A DNA stretch of 64,000 nucleotides from Octopus sinensis (Eukaryota), in contig NW_021833446.1 of the NCBI RefSeq assembly GCF_006345805.1, positions 10,272 through 74,271 on the forward strand, in the 5' to 3' direction. The notes under the pieces are model-generated. The model had not been told where the DNA came from. It saw nothing but the letters and a program-made list of their open reading frames with translations, and did no database searches. Made by a program: the position numbers and the translations under genes. This document shows, in pieces, positions 13,273 to 25,064 of this stretch. How positions within the stretch are numbered: position 1 is the first letter of the stretch; each line of letters starts with the position of its first letter.

Positions 13273-13634
13273 CTATTTCTTTACTACCCACAAGGGGCTA
13301 AACACAGAGGGGACCAACAAGGACAGGCAAACGGTTTAAGTCGATTATATCGACCCCAGTGCGTAACTGGTACTTATTTTATTGACCACGAAAGGATAAA
13401 AGGCAAAATCGACCTCGGCGGAATTTGAACTCAGAACGTAACAGCAGACGAAATACCTATTTCTTTATTACCCACAAGGGGCTAAACACAGAGGGGACAA
13501 ACAAGGACAGACATAGGTATTAAGTCGATTACATCGACCCCAGTGCGTAACTTTGAACTCAGAACGTAACAGCAGACGAAATACCGCTAAGCATTTCGCC
13601 CGGCGTCCTAACGTTTCGGCCAGCTCGCCGCCTT
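13273..13634 (-). mobile_element. two tandem SINE family A units with Tx1-like tails
   Basis: Same core; junction at 13456/13457 identical to 12596/12597. Confidence 0.88.
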
Positions 13635-14221
13635 CACTAACCTAAAGTCATACACCGTAGACAGGAACCAGAAACAGCTCAGATTGAAAGTGAAATACAT
13701 AACTACGCGACAAAGACTTCACTGTAGAATTCTTCCGTTTGGTTTTGCATACTTTAGCAGAGAATCATATCATTTCCGAGTCTCTTACAGCGAGCAGTAA
13801 ACATGCATGAGATGAAAAAAAAAGATATTTCAATATATTGCTAATTTGATGAAGCCTTTCTCTTACTTGGTATCGATACAGAGTTAGCACGATATTAATA
13901 AAACGTGATGTTTTACAGAGAATTCTAATTCAGTCTCGTAAAAAGTTCCAGAAAGTTACGACAGAGATAACAGCAAAATATGAATTGAGTAACGTCTCCA
14001 CCCAAACTTTAAATTACATATTACTCTGTCATATTATTGTATGTGGCATTTCTACGTAGCATTGCTATGCGTTGTGTAGCGATGTAATTAAGAGAAATTA
14101 ATTGAGAAACGATTAAGAGACTTCAATTAAAACTTGAAGCCTACAGTGATGCAGATATATATATATAATTCACACACACACACACACACACTCAAACACA
14201 CACACACACATCTTATAGATA

Positions 14222-14400
14222 TCATATAAAATCCTGTCTGTCTGTGTATGTGTCTTCTAGGATCTCGGGCATCCTCCATCCGATTGCGCTCAAATTTGAT
14301 ATGTAGATACCGACGGTATGAGGGCGAGTATAAATCTTGTAAAAATTACAAAAATCGATTCCAGGTTGTATTCGGTACGATATGTTTATTTATTTTAGTA
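14222..14400 (+). mobile_element. possible non-autonomous Helitron 5' fragment
   Basis: A|TCATATAAAATCCTGTCTGTCTGTG start resembles the Helitron 5' ends at 48382 and 19709; no 3' end seen. Confidence 0.35.
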
Positions 14401-14862
14401 GTTTTGACTTTAAGAGTCCCTCCTAGTGTGTGGCATTTATGTGTAATAATGCCCTCTATATAATATAAATAAATATATTTAAGTGAAGAAATTGCCATCA
14501 ATTTTTTCTGTTATGTGGTTTTTCACGCTAACTACTTGATAAATTCTTATGAAGATTCTATCTTATTTTTAAATTGTATATATATAATATATATATATAT
14601 ATATAATATATATATATATGTATGTATACACACACACACACACCACACACACATGTATGTATATATAATAAGAAAAAAGAAAACCCTTTGTTGCAGCGCA
14701 CCTAATTATTGCTGTATATGAGCAAAATATAACCTAAATCAAAGTGGAGGGTAGATTTTCGTCGGTCAAGTTCCTTTATCGTGGGAATACAAAATACATA
14801 TAAAATTCATCGAAATATTAGGTTTCAAGCGTTCCATTATTACAATCCAAAGGAAAGCAGTA

Positions 14863-14913
14863 GTACAAAGCCTTACGATCGTTTCAGAGTTGCATTTCCC
14901 TCATCAGAGGTAC
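14863..14913 (-). ncRNA. type I minimal hammerhead ribozyme, copy with deleted stem II
   Basis: Minus strand GUACCU-CUGAUGA-gggaaaugcaacucu-GAAAC-GAUC-GUA-AGG; about 35 nt of stem II missing relative to the partner arm. Confidence 0.6.
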
Positions 14914-14990
14914 AAAAAAATTCGATTAAAATAGTTTAAAAATATATTTTAAACTTTATCAAAATTTTAAACTATTTTAATTGACTTTTT

Positions 14991-15072
14991 GTATCTCTGA
15001 TGAGGAAATGCAACTATTTGTAAATTCTTCCAATACAAACGCATTCTCCGAAACGATCGTAAGGATTTGTAC
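14991..15072 (+). ncRNA. type I minimal hammerhead ribozyme with intact core
   Basis: CUGAUGA 14997-15003; stem II GGAAAUGC/GCAUUCUCC with inner UUUGUA/UACAAA; GAAA 15050-15053; palindromic stem III ACGAUCGU; predicted cleavage after GUA at 15061; short stem I. Confidence 0.75.
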
Positions 15073-15212
15073 TACTGCTTTTCTTTGGATTGTAATATTA
15101 GAGCGCTTCAAACCTAATATTTCGATGAGTATTTTTATGTATTTTGTATTCCCAAGATAAAGGAATTTGACCGACGAAAATCAGCCATCCACTTTGTTTT
15201 ATATATATATAT

Positions 15213-15518
15213 GACCACCACCGTGACCGACCAGGCTATGGGATGTTGCTACACATCGCTGGTCACAATGCGCTTCGCATTGTTTTAGCCTTCAAAGGAG
15301 GCCACCCCGCTGGCTAAGCGAGCAGGCCAACAGAAGAAAGAGTGAGAGAAAGTTGTGGCGAAAGAGTACAGCTGCGATCGCCACCACCCCTTGCCGGAGC
15401 CTCGTGGAGTTTTAGGTGTTTTCGCTCAATAAACACTCACAACGCCCGGTCTGGGAATCGAAACCGCGATCCTACAACTGTGAGTCCGCTGCCCTGACCA
15501 CTGGGCCATTGCGCCTCC
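15213..15518 (-). mobile_element. tRNA-derived SINE family C
   Basis: Minus-strand head ggaggcgcaaTGGCCCAGTGG (A box) ... GGTTTCGATTCC (B box), followed by a non-tRNA body. Confidence 0.8.
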
Positions 15519-15601
15519 TATATATATACACAGGTGAGCATACAAGTGCAAAGTAAGGTGGAAAATAATACTCGAATACCAAAAGGTAGCGTAATATGGT
15601 T

Positions 15602-15743
15602 TTATTAAAGCTGCAGCATTATCACAAGAATGTTACTCGGAGTTTCCCGTTCGCGTTCGTCGGAGAGTTGTGATGAAAACACAACTATCTGACGAACGTG
15701 AAACTCTGAGTAATAGTTCTGTGATAATTTTGTAGCTTTAATA
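15602..15743. repeat. second fold-back hairpin with hammerhead motifs in both arms
   Basis: ttattaaagctgcagcattatcacaag...gagttgtg / atgaaaa loop / cacaactatc...gtgataattttgtagctttaataa. Confidence 0.85.
15683..15718 (+). ncRNA. minimal hammerhead motif with collapsed stem II
   Basis: AACUAU-CUGACGA-ACGU-GAAAC-UCUGA-GUA-AUAGUU; perfect 6-bp stem I, stem II only 4 nt. Confidence 0.55.
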
Positions 15744-15965
15744 AAAAATCTCTATATATACATTTGCTTATTATAGTATTACAATCCAGTAAGTAGTTGT
15801 TATATCTATGTGAGGTGGAGATAAGAGTAGAAACATCTGGAAGTATTGTTTGCAGAGATATTTCATTGCAAGGATGCAAGTTGGAAAAGATTTTGGTATT
15901 ATTTATTATTAATTATTAATGATGAATGATTAATACCAAAACCTTTCCAGCTTCCTGTTTTGTTA

Positions 15966-16043
<78 letters not shown>

Positions 16044-16184
16044 ATATATATCTGCGAGCGTCAAATCAATACACCTACTTGTTGTTTACACATCCGTCTT
16101 CGTCTTTTGTTTTTCTGTAAATTTCAACTATACATACATACATACATACATATGCATACACACATACATACATACATACATACA

Positions 16185-16215
<31 letters not shown>

Positions 16216-16234
16216 TTATATATATATATATGCA

Positions 16235-17098
16235 CACAGTGTGCGGTGAATAAGCAGTCGTCTAAATTATGTAAAAGTGAAAATAACACCGACATCTCAT
16301 TTTAACAGATTTATTTACAAAAATTACGTTAAAATATCTTGAAATACTAAAGTGTAAATTTATTCATTAAAATCGCCATTGGCTTCAACCACAGCCTCCA
16401 GACGACTTTGGAATCTCCTGCAACTCTTCTGGACAGTCTCCTTGTTTAAGTTGGTGAATGCTGCCATAATCCTTGTTTTCAGTTTATCTTTGGTGCTACA
16501 AGGAGTTTTGTTGGTCTCTCGCTCAACTTTACTCTACACATAATAATCAAGGGAGTTGTAGTGTGGGGAGTTAGGTGGCCAAATGTTGGGGGTGATGTGT
16601 TCGCAGAAATTGTCTGACAGCCCCGACTGAATTCTCCTGCTTGTGTGGCATGGTGCAGAGTCCTGTTGCCATCCTCTTGACCCAGGGCAGCACTACCTCC
16701 TCCAGGCAATTGATATAGGCCTACGTGTTGAGTGTGAGGCTGTATGGGAAGACGAATGGAGGCATAATATTGCCATCACTGGTGATCACTCCGAATAAGA
16801 TGATGTTGACTGGATGTTTGATTTTTATCAGTGTCGGTATATGTCCTCAGATTGCCCTGTCCTCAGATTGACACCCAAACACTCTGAAATGCTTGTATTG
16901 GAGCTTCGAATGTCCAGCAGTACAAATGTCGTTTCCAAATTTCTGGCTGAGTGAACTGCGTCATGGTGCTACTTTTCTCACAGACGGTGCCCAACTATCC
17001 CTAAATACTGCGTAGGTGACAAAATCAAAAACATACAATACGCATATGCGAAATTAAAAATATAAAATAGCAACAATTTACCGATCGCACTCTGTGTA
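16235..17098 (-). mobile_element. internally deleted maT-family (DD37D) Tc1/mariner transposon
   Basis: Minus strand WQQDSAPCHTS...WPPNSPHYNSLD has 37 residues between the two Ds; KHPVNIILFGVITSDG upstream; stop at 16360-16362; imperfect TIRs cacagtgtgcg / cgcactctgtgta; internal stops. Confidence 0.88.
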
Positions 17099-17220
17099 TC
17101 TATGTATGGATGTACACACACAGAAACATACATACATACATACATACATATATACATACATATATACATACATACATATATATCTGTCTATGTATGTATG
17201 TATGTATGTATGTATGTATG

Positions 17221-17253
<33 letters not shown>

Positions 17254-17339
17254 GTGTATGTGTGTGTGTGTGTGTGCATACATACATATTTCAAATTTAC
17301 AGAAATCAAAAGACTAGGAACAACAAGCAGATGTATGAG

Positions 17340-17420
17340 TTTAACGCTCGGGAAGAATGGAAAAGTCTTTTACGTTTCGTGCCTATGCCCGTCGACAAAA
17401 AGGATTAAGAGAAAACTATG
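17340..17420 (-). repeat. fragment of the Penelope-like pLTR repeat also found at 37560
   Basis: Reverse complement ...gcataggcacGAAAcgtaaaagacttttcc matches 37650-37700. Confidence 0.55.
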
Positions 17421-17427
17421 CATATAT

Positions 17428-17765
17428 ATTTGGGTGTTCAAAACATTTGATATCGTTTCACAATCTATTAACTTTGCCTGTTCTTGCTCAAATGATTTCA
17501 AATTATCACAGCATGTGTAGAAATAGGTCAACATTTTATGTTTGATATGTTTATCTTTTCAGGTATAGAAATGGCATTCACTGGAAGAGAAAAGGCGTTT
17601 TGGTGTGCTGGAGTATGCTCGGACACAGTCGAACAAGACTCTGCAGCGTGTATTTGTGAGAGAGTTCTTTATAAAGTCACCAACGGCAATGCAGATTTGG
17701 ACATGACAAAACATTCGAAGACGAAGCGCAGTCTGTGCAGGGCAAAAGGAACAAGACCAGCTGTT
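17428..17765 (+). mobile_element. Tc1/mariner transposase 5' fragment (DUF4817-type HTH), pseudogenised
   Basis: MAFTGREKAF / CVLEYARTQSNKTLQRVFVREF..KSPTAMQIWT* / LCRAKGTRP with frameshifts. Confidence 0.75.
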
Positions 17766-17814
17766 TAAAGGAGGAGCTAAGCTGATGAGGTCGAACCCCA
17801 GGGCTTATATGGTG

Positions 17815-17935
17815 CTTCTTTTATCGGCCTGGATAGAATAAAATACAATGTGGATCTCGGCGGGATTTGAACTCAGAACGCAAAGACATGAAATGCGAAT
17901 AAGCATTTCGCCTGGCGTGCTAACGATTCCGCCAA
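17815..17935 (-). mobile_element. SINE family A, diverged
   Basis: ctcggcgggatttgaactcagaacg core. Confidence 0.75.
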
Positions 17936-18189
17936 ACCCACAGTCTATGCTATATAAATAATGATAGTTAACTCCCATTGACGGTTCGAACTAAGCACCT
18001 TACATTTTCATGGTAACTGTAAAACCGCCCCAGACTTCGTTCACTTTGAATTAATCTTTTATCTTCTAAATTCTTTTGAACATTCTACTTATCGGAAATT
18101 CAACCAACACAATACATTATATCTTTTTTTGATCTCAAGTTGTGTTTGGCATACATACCACACACAGAAACACACACATACATACACAC

Positions 18190-18220
18190 AAACATATGCA
18201 TATTATATAAATATAAATAT

Positions 18221-18268
<48 letters not shown>

Positions 18269-18428
18269 ATATACATATATATATCCATATATACATATAC
18301 ATACACATACACATAAGCATACACACACACCTAACACACACATGACACACATACATATGTATGTATATGAATGCGTGTATGGGCATATATACATATGTAT
18401 ATGTATATATATATATATTATAATATAT

Positions 18429-18493
<65 letters not shown>

Positions 18494-18528
18494 TATTATA
18501 TATAAGCATATAAATAATATATATATAT

Positions 18529-18582
<54 letters not shown>

Positions 18583-18612
18583 TATATATATATAAGTATA
18601 TATATATAATAT

Positions 18613-18660
<48 letters not shown>
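18190..18660. repeat. (TA)n-rich array
   Basis: Directly visible. Confidence 0.95.
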
Positions 18661-18661
<1 letters not shown>

Positions 18662-19259
18662 TATTATATATATGTAAGTAATTATTGGACCTTTGGGTTT
18701 CGTGTTATCTCCAACAATCATCAGTAAGGCAATATATAATCTTTCGTATTAAAATGACTTCCAGGTAAATACACGCGACCTCATTAACGATTACACCATG
18801 TTAAGTATATACTGTAGATATTCTCTCGCTCCTACAAAACTATGTGTGAATATCCTGCAGTTTTCTTAACCAAACTTTTAAACAATGTAGGTTTTTGAAA
18901 AGAGTATTTCTCAGACATATTCTACCTGCAGAACAATGGAAGTACAAAACGACTGATAATCTTTTAGGAACGACTAAAATAGAAATGTATCAGATTTTAG
19001 TTTTAGTGTTTATCACGAGGAGAGTCTTGATTCTGAATGTAAGAATATGAATAAATTATGAAGAACTTTACATATAAATAAGACATTTTGTACGTGGAGA
19101 GACAAAAACCCATCTGTCATGACTTCGTCTGTCTCTCTCGCTCTGTCTGTCTGTCTGTCACTGTCTCTCTCCCCATATATGCATATTTGTATGCACACAC
19201 GCACACACACACACACATATACATACACACATGCATATATATCTATATATCTATATATT

Positions 19260-19311
<52 letters not shown>

Positions 19312-19312
<1 letters not shown>

Positions 19313-19709
19313 TAGCAGTATCGCACGGCGTTGCTCGGGTTTGTAAGGAAATAACTATATAAGCATTTTTAAAGATGTAAAGTATAATAGCCATCTCAAT
19401 ATGGCTAACCACAAAGGGGGGGGGGTGTTACTGTAGCTTTTTACGTTCTGAGATTTAATAATAACTTTTTAGAGAGTTACTTCCCTTATATATGCAAAAA
19501 ATGCATTAAAAATGGGAAAAATTGATGGTAATTTTTTTTTAAAATCGTAGGCTCATCGTAGATGCGCGCTAATACCCAGAAGGGCTCGATATGAATCACG
19601 ACTATAAGATACCCGGTTTTGGTTAAACTGCACCGCAAAATGTGGGAGTAGTTAGGAATCTAAATCGTAGGAGACAGACAGCACACAACCTCACTTTTAT
19701 ATATAAAGA
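19312..19709 (-). mobile_element. non-autonomous Helitron
   Basis: Minus strand starts A|TCTTTATATATAAAAG and ends CTGCTAG|T with a subterminal GC-rich hairpin; second copy at 48382. Confidence 0.85.
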
Positions 19710-19718
19710 TATATATAT

Positions 19719-19756
<38 letters not shown>

Positions 19757-20661
19757 ATCAAAATAAGCAACAAGGATATCCAGAGGTAATGAAGTACGAT
19801 CGTTTCATGCGACTCTATTTAGTTGAACAATGCAAATATTACATCAATTTTAAAATGTAGACCAATCTTCAGCTTCATAAAAATATAGAATTTAGTTAAA
19901 TTCGAAGGATTCATTTGTATAGTTTTCTTATTCAAAATCACAAAGAAGATAAATAGATAGACAAAGGATGTGGTTGATGAAACATGTTCTTTGTCTATCC
20001 ACTTATCCTCCTTGAATTATATGGATAATACCATACTAAATTCTAGTGCCTTTAACTTAAGTACCATATTCAACTGAATCTAAATTTTACTGAACTTTTT
20101 TTTACACAACCTGATGACGATTTTCAAAACGGCATGTCCTCGTATTTATTTGGATTTCTGTAGAATGGTTTTTATAGCCATTCAAAGGTACGTGAACCAA
20201 GGCAAACTAATTATAAAGAGTCACCAGCCGAAGCACAACAGTCTGAGTATCATGTAAAAAGAATGTTATCTTTCTATTTGTGGGTTAATGAGGCACATCT
20301 TTGTACACAATTTCATGATTCTGCATTACTTCGAAACGAGAAGACACATTTAAATGATTGTTTTGGCAAAAACTGTTGATCATCAGCTTAGCTATTATAA
20401 AGAATTATGGTTTTATAATGGCCATTATCACTGAATCGACTTTCATTTTCCATGTGTGTGTGTGTATGTGTGTGTGTGTGTGTGTGTGTTTGTGTGCATG
20501 TGTGTGTGCGTGTGTGATAAAGTAATGAAGAAAGGCCAACAATTAGGCAAGGTAGGACACGAACTTGTAATTGAATTTAATAAAATTTAAATTTAGCTCG
20601 ATAACGAATAGTACAAATAGTGAAAAGTAGTCTTTACAGCTGTTTTGAGTTATCTCAGCAC

Positions 20662-20717
<56 letters not shown>

Positions 20718-20719
20718 GC

Positions 20720-21120
20720 TGAGATATATGGCTGTGTGGTAAGTAGCTTGTTTACCAACCACATGATTTCTTGTTCAGTCCCACCGCGTGGCACCTTAGG
20801 CAAGTGTTTTCTACTATAGCCTCCGGCTGACCAAAGCTTTGTGAGTGGATTTGGTAGACGGAAAATGAAAGAAGCCCGTCGTATATATATGTATATATAA
20901 GTGTGTGCGTATGTTTGTGTGTCTTTGTTTGTCCCCCCAACATCGCTTGACAACCGACGCTGGTGTGTTTGCGTCGCTGTAACTTAGCGGTTCGGCAAAA
21001 TAGACCGATAGAATAAGTAGTAGACTTAAAAAAAGTCCTGGGGTCGATTTGCTCGACTGAAAGCGGTGCTCCAGCATGGCCGCAATCAGATGACTGAAAC
21101 AAGTAAAAGAGTATAAAAGA

Positions 21121-21121
<1 letters not shown>
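20720..21121 (+). mobile_element. SINE family B, full length
   Basis: tRNA-like head TGGCTGTGTGGTAAG...GTTCAGTCCC, central CA/TA spacer, GTAAAAGA tail. Confidence 0.9.
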
Positions 21122-21160
<39 letters not shown>

Positions 21161-21513
21161 GCACATGATGTTGATGATGATAACGACGACTCTGATAGTA
21201 TTTTAACGATACTGTGATAGAAGAAGCAAGTAGAGTTTTTGATTTATCTTCCCAAATATCTCGTCAATCCAACAGTACGTGTTCGTTTAGGTTTACTCGT
21301 CGTTCTCCTATGACACTGGCGCAATTGAAAACAGCTGCCGTCTGAACGGAATTCAGTGGAAAAGATGACCAATTCAACGTCTTGGCCTTTTACAGTTTCT
21401 GTATTTCCTACAGATTAATATCTAAAATCTTGTTAAACTAACAGCCAATCATTAAGCTTGAGAGATATAAAGGACATTAAGAAAACAACATTTTCTCAAC
21501 ACTGTAACGTAAT

Positions 21514-21575
<62 letters not shown>

Positions 21576-21617
21576 TAATAATAATAATCATCATCATCAT
21601 CATCATCATCATCGTCA

Positions 21618-21828
21618 TCCTTTCTACTAAAAGTACAAGGCCTGCAATTTGGTGGGGAGGGGAAGGAAATTAGTTGATTACATCGGCCCCAGTGTTTCAC
21701 TGGTACATAATTTATCGGTTCCGAAAGAACGAAAGGCAATGTCGACCTCGGCGGAATTTGAACTCGCAACGCGAAGGTCGACGAAATACCGCTAAGCATT
21801 TTACTCGGCGATTCTGCCAGCTCACCGC
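21618..21828 (-). mobile_element. SINE family A
   Basis: Core and head motifs; tail abuts (ATC/AAT)n. Confidence 0.88.
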
Positions 21829-21841
21829 ATTATTATTATTA

Positions 21842-21879
<38 letters not shown>

Positions 21880-22361
21880 TATTATTATTATTAATAATAA
21901 TAATGATAATAATAATAATAATAACAACAACAACAACGTCAACATTAATAATGATAAAAAGGCACATGTGTCTACGCACGTAGGTAACCATTGTCTATAC
22001 ACACGCAGATGAGGGTCGATTCATGTGAAAAAGAAAGTGAACGAAATAGTATGACCACTTGCGTATCGGGAAATTTGTAAGTTGTTTTTTTTTTTTAAAT
22101 TTCTGTTTGTTTTTTAAAGATAAACAAACCAAACTTTCATCATTTCGAACCATTCACGCAATGAGTTTTACTGCCAAATTTGGTGAAAATCCTTTCAGGC
22201 GTTTTCCAGTCATTTTGCAAACACAAAAAAAAAATACAGAAAAAGACAAGAGATCACAATACACTGCTTTTACTTATGCGCGCATGGAAACAGTAATAAT
22301 GATATTGATGATGATGATGATGATGACGATAATAGTAATAATAATAATAATAATAATAATG

Positions 22362-22401
<40 letters not shown>

Positions 22402-22823
22402 ACAGAATGTATAAATACTTAAAGAACCTACATTACTAATTACAAATTACTAAAAAAAAACAGTTTCTCTTCTCGAAACCTTTCATCGCCAAAGCATTAG
22501 CAATGCACCACCACCACCACCACCACCACCACCACCACCACCACCACAGCCGCCACCACTGCAGTCAAAACATTTAATAATATCATCATCAACAACGATA
22601 ACATAAACAAAATATAACCGTCGCCCCGCCGCCACGAAAAATCAGCTGATTCAATAAATGAATAAAGATAAGGGGAGATAAACTCTCCCCAAATTACCGC
22701 TAACTGGATAAGACTGCTTTCAATTTGCAATTTTTTTAATTATGATCATTGTTACTGCTACTATTTTTCATGTCATTGCTGTTATTATTATTATTATTAT
22801 ATTATTATTATTATTATTATTAC

Positions 22824-22884
<61 letters not shown>

Positions 22885-22890
22885 GTTATT

Positions 22891-23372
22891 ACTTTTTTTT
22901 CTTCTTTCAAATTTGCTTCCATTTCTTGCCGAGTGTCTTCCCGACTCCTAGGGCAAAGAAACTCATAGTATACATTGGTAGGCCATTAAACCAAACTCAA
23001 TAGTTCGTTAATTTTTTTTTTCTTTTTTTTTTAAGTTAAATTAAAATACATGAGCAGCAACAGTTCTCACATCGACAATGCTCTTCTCAATACGTGTGAT
23101 GTACCAGTTAAGACAATCTTTTGCACTTCTTGCAGGGATGGTAAGCCAGGGATCATTCTCATATAATTTTCGGTTCCCTTCTTGATCATTGCTAGTGCTC
23201 CTACGATCACTGGTATTGTAACCGCCTTGAGATGCCATATTTTCTCAATTTCAATGAGTAGGTCTTTATATTTTCTGAGCTTGTCAAACTCTTTCGCTGA
23301 GATATTATGATCACAGGGGTTGCTCATGTCGATCAATAAGCAAACTTTATTGTTTTGGTCTTTCACAACAAT
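22891..23372 (-). mobile_element. R4/Dong-like RLE non-LTR retrotransposon 3' end within (TAA)n
   Basis: IVVKDQNNKVCLLIDMSNPCDHNISAKEFDKLRKY...IPVIVGALAMI is an RLE domain C-terminus; TAA arrays on both sides in element orientation. Confidence 0.85.
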
Positions 23373-23398
23373 ATTATTATTAATATTATTATTATTAA

Positions 23399-23476
<78 letters not shown>

Positions 23477-23639
23477 TTGCTCGTTCAATATTCTCCTTAA
23501 TTTACTCGAATTTATTCCACAGTAATTAGTAAACCGTTTCTATTAATGACTTTTTATGTTTTTGCAATTGTCATTAGTTGCAGCCTCTTTCCTTCTTCCT
23601 CTCCTCAGTTTTTCTCTCCTCTCTCATTCTTTGTTTCCT

Positions 23640-23885
23640 TTTCTTTTTCGTTTTTACTTGTTCCAGTCATTAGACTGTGGCCATGCTGGGGCAGCGCCTT
23701 CAAGAAATTTTAGGCCCAATGAATCGACAACAATATTTATGTTTTCTAAAGCCTGGTACATATTCTACTAGTGTCTGTTGCTGAATTGCTAAGTTACAGG
23801 GACGTAAACATACCAACACCGGTTGTCTAAGTAGTGGTGGGGAAAACTCAGACACAAAGACTCACACACTGATATATATATATAT
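23640..23885 (-). mobile_element. SINE family B fragment
   Basis: cagtcattagactgtggccatgctgg... matches family B. Confidence 0.8.
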
Positions 23886-23901
23886 ATGTACGTGTGTGTG
23901 A

Positions 23902-24130
23902 AGACGCCTGGCCTGGTGGTTAGGCTGTTGCACTCATGACTGCTAGATCGTGGGTTCGATTCCTTGACAGGGCGGAACGTTGTGTTCTTGAACAAAACAC
24001 TTCATTTCAAATTGCTCCAGTCACCCTTTCGATCAGCGGAGTATGTTGGCCTGCTAGCCTAACCAACGCATTGTAATCAGCGATGTGTAACAACATCTGT
24101 TTGCCTGGTCGGTCACGTGATCCCGTGACG
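23902..24130 (+). mobile_element. tRNA-derived SINE with CORE-like body
   Basis: TGGCCTGGTGGTTAGG A box, GGTTCGATTCC B box, gttgtgttcttgaacaaaacactt body. Confidence 0.75.
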
Positions 24131-24594
24131 TGATACATACACACATGTATACACACACACACATAGGTTAGTAGAGTTAGAGGTTGGAATAACCGTTTAA
24201 AGGATAAAAATATCAGTTATACTACCGGTATAATTACCTATGTTAACTCTGAGCATACATATGTAAGCATATTATGCTCACAGATTACAGGTAATGACAT
24301 GAGTTTATCAGGAATCAAATTTAAATTGAGCAGAAAATGGAGAAAAACAACAATTGACTAATATCAATTATTACTTTTGAATTCATTACAAATAGACTGC
24401 ATCCCATCTAACAGCTGTTTCTGCTTCCAATGTTTATATGGCGTTGCCATTGAAAATTCTAAAAATAATATTCATCATATTTGGTAATGTATCCAATCTG
24501 GAACATGAAGCTTCATCAGAGTGACGAAAAATGCATAAAAGAAAAGCCTCGGAGGAAGATGAAAGGCTTAATATATTTAAATCATACCATTTTG

Positions 24595-24692
24595 CTTATG
24601 TGTCGAGGCTGTAGTAGAAGACACTTTGCCCGAAGTACCACGCAGTGAGACTGAACCTAGAACCGTGTAGTTGGAAAGCAAGCGTCTTAGAA
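24595..24692 (-). mobile_element. SINE family B head fragment
   Basis: gaggctgtagtagaagacactt...gactgaacc. Confidence 0.7.
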
Positions 24693-24706
24693 CGCCCCCC
24701 ACCTCT

Positions 24707-24746
<40 letters not shown>

Positions 24747-25028
24747 TCCTTCCTTCTTTCTTTCATTTTCTTTCTTACGTTGGCTATCACTTTGTTGTTA
24801 TTTAGCTCCAGGCAACGCTAATGATGATGATGATATTCATGATGATGTTAATGATGATGTTGAAGTGGTGATGACGATGATGATGATAACGATGAAAATG
24901 ATGATGACGATGATGATGCTGATGCTGATAGTGGTAGAAGTGCTGTTCTATGGGATAACCATAAAGCAACGGTGGTGATTAAGATGGAGCGTGGTGCATG
25001 CCTTACAATTTCATTGTTCGCGAGTGTT

Positions 25029-25064
<36 letters not shown>

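Larger units (their letters stand above)
14740..15196. repeat. long inverted repeat (about 205-bp arms, about 20-nt spacer), probable inverted Penelope-type pseudo-LTR pair
   Basis: Arms align base by base (caaagtggagggtagattttcgtcggtcaa vs ttgaccgacgaaaatcagccatccactttg); each arm carries a hammerhead motif. Confidence 0.85.

Noticed and set aside
12265-13634. CRISPR-like or regularly repeated array
   Set aside because: The units are SINE copies with Pol III boxes and LINE-like tails.
15440-15518. tRNA genes (also 20720, 23902, 39240, 52640, 63350)
   Set aside because: A and B boxes are present but continue into SINE bodies and lack a complete acceptor stem.
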